Source: Aeropyrum pernix K1 (GTDB lineage Archaea > Thermoproteota > Thermoprotei_A > Sulfolobales > Acidilobaceae). Taken from it: 32,000 nt of DNA. The position numbers and the translations under genes are program-made. Location: the NCBI RefSeq assembly GCF_000011125.1, contig NC_000854.2, forward strand, positions 1,200,001 through 1,232,000. Reading direction: 5' to 3'. Below, piece by piece: positions 26,374 to 32,000 of the stretch (within the stretch, counting starts at the first letter, position 1; every line of letters begins with the position of its first letter). Below the pieces are notes generated by a model that had not been told where the DNA came from, did not search any database, and was given only the letters and a program-made list of their open reading frames with translations.

Positions 26374-27270
26374 CTACTCCAGCCTGGGGGGGCCTGTGGA
26401 GGGCTTGAGAAGCCTCACATCCAGGCCCGCACCAGCCATCCTCCCTACAATCTCACCGACAGACCCCTCGCCCGCGGCCACCACCAGAACCCTCTTCTTA
26501 ACGTAGTAACCGTACACGTCGCCAACCCCAGACAATATTCTGTGGGCCTCGACGCCTACGAGCCTCGAGTCAAGGCTCAACAGCCTCGTCACCCTCTCTG
26601 CCTCCTCGAAGAACCTGTCCAAGCTAGGCTCCCTGAATATCCTGGAAAGACTCCTGGAAACCTCATCCACGAACCTCTGGCTGGAATACATTTCTATAAG
26701 CCTACTGGTATCCATAGAGCCGGCCTCACCCGCTATTATATATAGGCCGGGGGGTGTCGGTATGCAGTCTACCAACGCCTCACCCGGAGGTCCCGGAGAG
26801 TATCGGAGCACAAGGCCCACGCCGCAAGCTATAGAAGCAACGTCACCCAAGCCCGTAGACCTTCTAACCTCAACCTCGTGTGCAGCCCTGTAGGCCCTAA
26901 ACACGCCCGCGCCCCTCTCCATGGCCGCGGCGAGAGCCCCCAGTATCGCTGAGGCGGCGCTGACTGCATACCCCCGCCCAGGCGGCAGGGGGTAGACCAA
27001 CCGACCGCCGGGCCTAGAGCCTAAGAGCTCCGCCGCCTCGTTAAACTGGGGGAGATCATAGCCGGGCTCCCACCCGTCCAGGCCAGGGCAGAACCTTGCC
27101 CTAGGCTCTACCGCTAGGCCAACGCCAATACTACCGCTGTACCCCGGGCCAGGCCCGGGAACCGGCCTAAACAGGGCCGTTATATGGTGTGGAGTTGATA
27201 GACATCGCGCCACCCTTAACCCCCGCGCAGACGGCTGTATGCTCCCGGTAAGCTCTAACCTTAACCCCAT
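26374..27270 (-). CDS. Archaeal pantoate kinase (GHMP kinase superfamily, COG1829-like); alternative start GTG 27213
   Basis: 298 aa. It has the N-terminal [11 protein letters not shown] and the GHMP phosphate-binding-type motif [21 protein letters not shown]. It lies directly upstream of the phosphopantothenate synthetase gene on the same strand. Confidence 0.65.
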   Translation of the reverse strand: MGLRLELTGSIQPSARGLRVARCLSTPHHITALFRPVPGPGPGYSGSIGVGLAVEPRARFCPGLDGWEPGYDLPQFNEAAELLGSRPGGRLVYPLPPGRGYAVSAASAILGALAAAMERGAGVFRAYRAAHEVEVRRSTGLGDVASIACGVGLVLRYSPGPPGEALVDCIPTPPGLYIIAGEAGSMDTSRLIEMYSSQRFVDEVSRSLSRIFREPSLDRFFEEAERVTRLLSLDSRLVGVEAHRILSGVGDVYGYYVKKRVLVVAAGEGSVGEIVGRMAGAGLDVRLLKPSTGPPRLE

Positions 27271-27300
27271 ATTAAAGGTTTCCCCTGGAATCGCTCAATT

Positions 27301-27969
27301 ATGGAGGGGCCTCACTCGGGGGGTAACCCTGTGCAGCTGAACATCTACCTTAGAGACTCCAAGCTCTCCCACCCCGTGTTCAAGACTATGTCGGAGATAG
27401 CCCTCTTCATAATAAACTCTATAAATGAGATAGACGTGGGCCAGGTAGACCGTTTTGTAGGCGAGCTAGAGAGGGTCTACAGGGAGAAGCGTAAAGTCCT
27501 CGTTATGGGCGCCGGCAGAAGCGGCCTTGTAGGCAAGGCTTTCGCAATGCGCCTTCTCCACCTAGGCTTCAACTCCTACGTCCTCGGGGAAACCATAGTC
27601 CCCAGCGTCAGGGAGGGAGACCTGGTTGTGGCTATATCGGGCTCAGGGAGGACTAAGGTGATAGTTACTGCGGCCGAGACGGCTAAGCAGGTCGGAGCTA
27701 CCGTGGCGGCCATAACCACATACCCCGACAGCCCCTTAGGGAGGCTTTCAGACATAGTAGTCAGGGTCCCGGGCCGGACTAAATCCAGCAAGATGGACGA
27801 CTACTTCGCCCGCCAGATACTGGGTATCCATGAGCCCCTAGCACCTCTTGGAACCCTGTTCGAGGACACCACAATGGTCTTCCTCGACGGAGTAATATAC
27901 TCCCTTATGACCAGGCTGGGAATCGACGAAGAGTATATGAGGAATATGCACGCCAACGTAGAGCTATGA
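27301..27969 (+). CDS. SIS-domain sugar-phosphate isomerase, 6-phospho-3-hexuloisomerase (PHI)-like; alternative start ATG 27388
   Basis: [74 protein letters not shown] is the SIS/PHI pattern. The first 29 codons look like non-conserved extension. Confidence 0.65.
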   Translation: MEGPHSGGNPVQLNIYLRDSKLSHPVFKTMSEIALFIINSINEIDVGQVDRFVGELERVYREKRKVLVMGAGRSGLVGKAFAMRLLHLGFNSYVLGETIVPSVREGDLVVAISGSGRTKVIVTAAETAKQVGATVAAITTYPDSPLGRLSDIVVRVPGRTKSSKMDDYFARQILGIHEPLAPLGTLFEDTTMVFLDGVIYSLMTRLGIDEEYMRNMHANVEL

Positions 27970-28826
27970 CCAGAACCTACAGCCTAGTCGAAGGCTGGAT
28001 AGTAGAAGTCCCAGGCAGCCCGGCTGAATACTGGGTTGTCAAGGGGTACGAACACCCGCCCGGTAAGGTGGTTGCGACTCCCTATAGAAGGGGCTCGAGG
28101 AGGCTCGACCCACGCAGCATAAAGCAGGCACCCATCTGGACTCTAGGATACTTCCCATGCAGGGGCGGCTCAGCCCCCATGCTCAGCCTGGAGGCGGCCA
28201 CAGCGAAGCCTGTAAACCCGTGGAGCACGCTGGAGATCAGGTATAGAGACCTACCGCACCCTATAAGGGTTCTGCTGGAGGAGGTTAACCCCGAGCTGGC
28301 AGGGCTAACAGGCTCCTGGGCAGTCTTCGCCGAAGATGGGGGTAGCGACGTAGACCTCCTCATATATGGAGATCCCAGCGAGATATACACGGCGTTGGAG
28401 TCGCTTGCCTCCAGAGGTGTCATAAAGCCTCACAGGCACGAGCGCAGCCACTACCCACTGCACAGCGCCAGACTTCTGGACTCCTGCATAAAGTATGGAG
28501 GCGTTACGTCATGCTACACCCTCAGGATACTCAGGCACACTAGCCCGCGCGAGTGCTCGAGGAGGCTAACAGCGATAGGACGCTACACAGGCCCCATAGA
28601 AATCATTGGCGAGCAAGAGCCGCTAGACAGCATACTAGTCCCGGCGAGATATAGGTCAGTGCTGCTGAGGCTGGGAGTGGAAGCCGTGGTGGAGACATGG
28701 AGGACAAGCTATCAGGAGCTAAAGCCGGGAGTCTACGAAGGAGACCTCGAATTATTCGTAGACCAACATGGCGGCATAACTGCCTCTCCCGATCTAGATG
28801 GGAAACTCAAATACGTTAGGGCCTAG
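27966..28826 (+). CDS. Pol-beta-superfamily nucleotidyltransferase-like protein, paralog A (function unknown)
   Basis: 286 aa. The minimal NTase signature is [23 protein letters not shown] (hG[GS]...D.D). Its ATGA start overlaps the stop of the SIS gene. Confidence 0.55.
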   Translation: MTRTYSLVEGWIVEVPGSPAEYWVVKGYEHPPGKVVATPYRRGSRRLDPRSIKQAPIWTLGYFPCRGGSAPMLSLEAATAKPVNPWSTLEIRYRDLPHPIRVLLEEVNPELAGLTGSWAVFAEDGGSDVDLLIYGDPSEIYTALESLASRGVIKPHRHERSHYPLHSARLLDSCIKYGGVTSCYTLRILRHTSPRECSRRLTAIGRYTGPIEIIGEQEPLDSILVPARYRSVLLRLGVEAVVETWRTSYQELKPGVYEGDLELFVDQHGGITASPDLDGKLKYVRA

Positions 28827-28844
28827 ATACGGGGGGCTGCAGCA

Positions 28845-29777
28845 TTGTATGCTAGTGGCGACATAAAGCATGTGCATGGAGCCGTGGTCTTTGACAGATA
28901 CTCTAGGATACATCAAGTAATAGGCATCCCAGCCCCGCCCGACTTCATACCTGCTATACCAAAGTACGAGCCGTGCAAGAGACTCACCCCTTGGAGCAGA
29001 GCTGGTATAGGCTTCTGCAGGATACTCGTGGAGTACACTCCAGCTGGCGTCGAAGATTCGGCCAGAAGGCTTGGCATGGAGATGCGTTTCGACGGCCTCT
29101 ACAACGCCCGCATGCCATACTTACGGCTTGAAGATGTTACGCTCTACACACACCCCCAGCATGCTCTCGAGCAAGTTTACAGGCAAGGCCATCCACAGGT
29201 GCTTAAAACTCTATATAAAATCGCTCGCTCGCTCGAGAAGCTGCCCATAAGAGGGCTGGGGCTGACAGGCTCCCTCGCCACGCTCACATACAACCCCCTA
29301 TACTCCGACATAGATGTTGTCGTGTTTGAAGCCCTAGATCCGGCTGGTTTGGTTGAAACCCTCGGGACGCTGGGGCGCCCTGAGCTAGATACTATAGAGT
29401 ATGTAGGGCCGCTCCGCGGATCATACCGCGTCGGCTGGAGGAGGCGGCTGGTAGATGGAAAGAGGGTAACCTTCGTAGCAGCACCACGAGAGCCCGGTTC
29501 GATGTGCAAGCCGCTGAGCACATACTGGGCAATAGACCCTCCCGCCGCCAAAGCCGTCGAGACCAAGCTATACATACCTCCCGGCCAGCCATCGGCTCTC
29601 CACTATCCACCATGCGCTCACTCCGAGGAAGGCGTTTGGATAGTATCCTTCGAATACAACGTAGCCCTAGAACTCTTCGAGGGAGGCGAGTTCAGAGTAA
29701 CAGCAGAGGCCGGATCAAAAGGCCACGCCCTCTATGTCGGCGTAAGGGGGCTAGAAACAGGCATCCAACGCGTCTAG
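28845..29777 (+). CDS. Pol-beta-superfamily nucleotidyltransferase-like protein, paralog B (function unknown)
   Basis: 310 aa. The signature GLTGSLATLTYNPLYSDIDVVVFE aligns with the motif in the preceding gene. It lies 18 nt downstream of paralog A. Confidence 0.55.
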   Translation: MYASGDIKHVHGAVVFDRYSRIHQVIGIPAPPDFIPAIPKYEPCKRLTPWSRAGIGFCRILVEYTPAGVEDSARRLGMEMRFDGLYNARMPYLRLEDVTLYTHPQHALEQVYRQGHPQVLKTLYKIARSLEKLPIRGLGLTGSLATLTYNPLYSDIDVVVFEALDPAGLVETLGTLGRPELDTIEYVGPLRGSYRVGWRRRLVDGKRVTFVAAPREPGSMCKPLSTYWAIDPPAAKAVETKLYIPPGQPSALHYPPCAHSEEGVWIVSFEYNVALELFEGGEFRVTAEAGSKGHALYVGVRGLETGIQRV

Positions 29778-29857
29778 AGGAGAAGGGATCTGCCGACACC
29801 CTCCAGGCGTGTCATAGCGGGTCGAACTCCTAAATTCCCCCAGGCCACAACGCTAGA

Positions 29858-30226
29858 GTGACACGGGGCAGGATAGTCTTGAAAGACAGAAGCAAGTCTG
29901 AGCTGGCCGCGACAATAGCTCGCGGGCTTCTAAGCCCCGCCCACGCCTCCATAATAGACGTCGAGAGGGCTAGAGAGGAGGATGTCGAGGAGATAATTCT
30001 GGAGGCTGGCGTGAAGGGTATAGTTAGAAAAATCAGGGTAGATAACTTGATCATAGTAACTATAAACACAGAATTCCTCGAGAGAGCATGCTTCTACGAG
30101 AAGTGCAGCAGACTAAGGGACAAGCCCGAGGCGCTTAGAGAGTGCATGGCCAAGTGTATACTGAGCACTGCCAGAGAAGTCGCGTATAAGGCTGCCAGAA
30201 GCATAGCAGAGCTGGCGAAGACGTAG
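29858..30226 (+). CDS. Small hypothetical protein with a C-x4-C ... C-x3-C cysteine pattern
   Basis: 122 aa with a GTG start. TAAATT lies about 25 nt upstream (29830-29836), suggesting a leaderless mRNA. The cysteines are CFYEKC and CMAKC. I recognise no family. Confidence 0.4.
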   Translation: MTRGRIVLKDRSKSELAATIARGLLSPAHASIIDVERAREEDVEEIILEAGVKGIVRKIRVDNLIIVTINTEFLERACFYEKCSRLRDKPEALRECMAKCILSTAREVAYKAARSIAELAKT

Positions 30227-30341
30227 ACAGCCTTAAAACCAACATAATATGGGCGCGGCGGCCTGAAACAAGAAGCCTTGAGTCGTTACAGCCCCCTAAA
30301 CAATCCGGAGATAACGCCCACTCACCCACATCCTATTACCC

Positions 30342-30348
30342 TTATATA
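30342..30348 (+). promoter_or_regulatory. TATA box (TTATATA) for the 153-aa gene, bracketed by an 8-bp inverted repeat
   Basis: It lies 36-42 nt upstream of ATG 30384. CACATCCT (30327-30334) and AGGATGTG (30360-30367) flank it. Confidence 0.45.
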
Positions 30349-30383
30349 GATTTCAGCCTAGGATGTGAGTATGGGTGTAGTTT

Positions 30384-30845
30384 ATGTCTGAGCAGGAATA
30401 CCCCTCTAGTGTGGACGTGTACGAATTCAACAACGTGAACCAGCTATTCGACTTCCTCGATAATGAGATTAAGAGGAGGAAGGCCGTGCTCGGCGACATA
30501 ATACGGGATATAGAGAAGCTCAAGACGCTCAGCGAGGCCGCGGTGAAGCTGGAGCAGATATTTGCTGAGATCGCGGGAGGCCAGAGGACAGCTACAAGGC
30601 AAACTACATCAGCGGCAAAGCTGAACGGCGTTGAAGTCTATATAAACCCTGAACCCCTCTCCGAGACCAGCCTACTCACCAGTATAGCCAGAGGGCTACA
30701 GACCAGCATAGCTAGCTTGGAGAAGGTTAGGAAAGCACTATCACCCCTCTCCAAACTCGGCGACATAGACTTGAACATAAGGCTGATAATCGAGAATGGG
30801 ACGGTAAAAGCTGTAGTAATAAAGGTGCCTTCCCCCCCAATATAG
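30384..30845 (+). CDS. Hypothetical protein, partly coiled-coil
   Basis: 153-aa ORF with ordinary codon usage and its own TATA box. No recognisable motif. Confidence 0.5.
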   Translation: MSEQEYPSSVDVYEFNNVNQLFDFLDNEIKRRKAVLGDIIRDIEKLKTLSEAAVKLEQIFAEIAGGQRTATRQTTSAAKLNGVEVYINPEPLSETSLLTSIARGLQTSIASLEKVRKALSPLSKLGDIDLNIRLIIENGTVKAVVIKVPSPPI

Positions 30846-31047
30846 AGGACGGAAGGCTTAGTAGCACAGGGAAACTAATACTAAACCCAGCTTCAGACCT
30901 CCCCTGGGCCTCAGCACTGGGGCCTCGTCATCGCTATCGCCGCTACTAGGCGGTAATACCACTCTTCATCGGCCACATTTATATTGTTCACCCTCTGGTA
31001 GCGATATTAATACCTGCCATACCCGATAAGAGCTTGGTGGCCCCAGG

Positions 31048-31395
31048 GTGCCCCGGAAACGTATGACGCTTCCCAAGAAGAAGGAGGATATAGAGAAGAT
31101 AGTTGAGGAGGTTGAGCGTGAGCATCACCATGAGCACGAGCACCATCACCACCATCACCACCATGAGGAGTCGGATCTCGAGATAGCCGTAAAAGTGCTG
31201 GAAGACTTGGTTGACAGCCTTTCGGCGCGTGCTAGAGTGTTAGAGTCTAGGCTAGACAGTCACTCCATAGCAATAGGAACGCTCTACAGGGTAGTTGCTC
31301 ATCTTGTAGAGGCTATAGCTACCGATGATGAAGAGTCTAAGCTCAACAGCATCAAGAACGCTTTACAAGAGCTGGACAGGCTTAAAAACCTATAG
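31048..31395 (+). CDS. Small histidine-tract protein (possible metal-binding), helical C-terminus; alternative start ATG 31063
   Basis: 115 aa. It contains EREHHHEHEHHHHHHHHEE (14 His in 17 residues) encoded by mixed CAT/CAC codons, followed by an amphipathic helical region. Confidence 0.55.
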   Translation: MPRKRMTLPKKKEDIEKIVEEVEREHHHEHEHHHHHHHHEESDLEIAVKVLEDLVDSLSARARVLESRLDSHSIAIGTLYRVVAHLVEAIATDDEESKLNSIKNALQELDRLKNL

Positions 31396-31433
31396 GCTAC
31401 CCGTAGAGGCTTCAGCCTAGAGTACCTAATCCC

Positions 31434-32000
31434 CTACTCCATGAACCCTGGCTTCAGGGCCTGGCACCTCTCGTCTATAGCCTCCTCAGCCACGTAGGGA
31501 TGCTCCCCTATGACCCTGCTTAGCCCGTCAAAGTCGCAGATAATGAGTGTGAAGGCACGCCTACCCTCTATAGCCTCCTCAAGCCACCTTATAACACTCC
31601 TACACTTCTCCAGGTCCTCAGCCTCGACAACATCCTCCTTACACGCCACTTGAGCCACCTCGTGAAATCTATGGAGTATCCCCTCCACGGTCGTTATGAA
31701 ACCCACACTGGCAACTCCGGGAACCATCTCAAGGTCCATCTCGGGTATGTATACCGCTGATAGAGGCGACTTCGCTAGGAGATACCTAAGCTGCTTCTCC
31801 CCCCTTACAGCTACCACAATCTTCTTAGGCTCTGTCGCCTCGGCTAAACGCACATCCCTATACCTATAGCCGCAGTTCCTGCACTCACCCACGCTTATAA
31901 CGATATTGTTAAAGTAGGGAACGCTGTAAAGATACTCTGAGAGTTTCATTGCACGTGCTCCGCAGGCCGGGCAAACCGCGTTATCGACCTCAGCTATCCT
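31434..32000 (-). CDS. ZPR1-type C4 zinc-finger protein (COG1779-like); 5' end outside the window
   Basis: The track ORF starts at M 31949, but the frame is open to nt 32000 and upstream reads ...NAVCPACGARAMKL. CPACG together with the downstream CRNCGY forms the ZPR1 C-x2-C...C-x2-C finger. Confidence 0.65.
   Translation of the reverse strand, partial: RIAEVDNAVCPACGARAMKLSEYLYSVPYFNNIVISVGECRNCGYRYRDVRLAEATEPKKIVVAVRGEKQLRYLLAKSPLSAVYIPEMDLEMVPGVASVGFITTVEGILHRFHEVAQVACKEDVVEAEDLEKCRSVIRWLEEAIEGRRAFTLIICDFDGLSRVIGEHPYVAEEAIDERCQALKPGFME

Overview
This is a crenarchaeal chromosomal window. The rRNA sequence and its three-intron layout match what I recall for Aeropyrum pernix K1 or a very close relative; that is recollection, not a search result.

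Left third: a divergent pair (amino-acid ABC substrate-binding protein and an ACT-domain regulator), then a complete crenarchaeal-type archaellum operon on the minus strand. The operon has two archaellins, a flaX-position gene, and flaG, flaF, flaH, flaI and flaJ.

Middle: five tightly overlapping minus-strand genes (M20 peptidase, MFS transporter, ABC ATPase, ABC-2 permease, bitopic membrane protein). They sit directly downstream of a single 16S-23S rRNA operon, also minus strand, with no spacer tRNA and no linked 5S.

The rRNA genes carry three AT-rich archaeal introns:
- 699 nt in 16S, with a two-motif LAGLIDADG ORF.
- 202 nt in the 23S GTPase-associated centre, with no ORF.
- About 574 nt in 23S just 3' of helix 69, with a one-motif LAGLIDADG ORF.

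Right third: a VTT/DedA-like membrane protein, a NatAB-like ABC-2 exporter, and an unknown wHTH-like protein. Next comes the archaeal CoA-pathway pair (pantoate kinase and phosphopantothenate synthetase). Divergent from that pair is an operon of a SIS/PHI-like protein plus two paralogous pol-beta-type nucleotidyltransferase-like proteins. The window ends with three small orphan genes (one with an extreme His tract) and a 5'-truncated ZPR1-type zinc-finger gene.

I saw no CRISPR array, tRNA, transposase or recognisable defence gene.

The most unusual things I can support:
- Neither intron-encoded endonuclease ORF has a stop codon inside its intron. The 699-nt 16S intron is a multiple of 3 and stop-free in the ORF frame all the way round, so a circularised intron would carry an endless ORF.
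- The two archaellin genes share a 191-nt perfectly identical 5' block.
- The SIS-NTase-NTase operon has no known function.
- Two sizeable non-coding gaps (21270-21722 and 22482-22835) are unexplained.

I cannot claim a clearly novel system from sequence alone.
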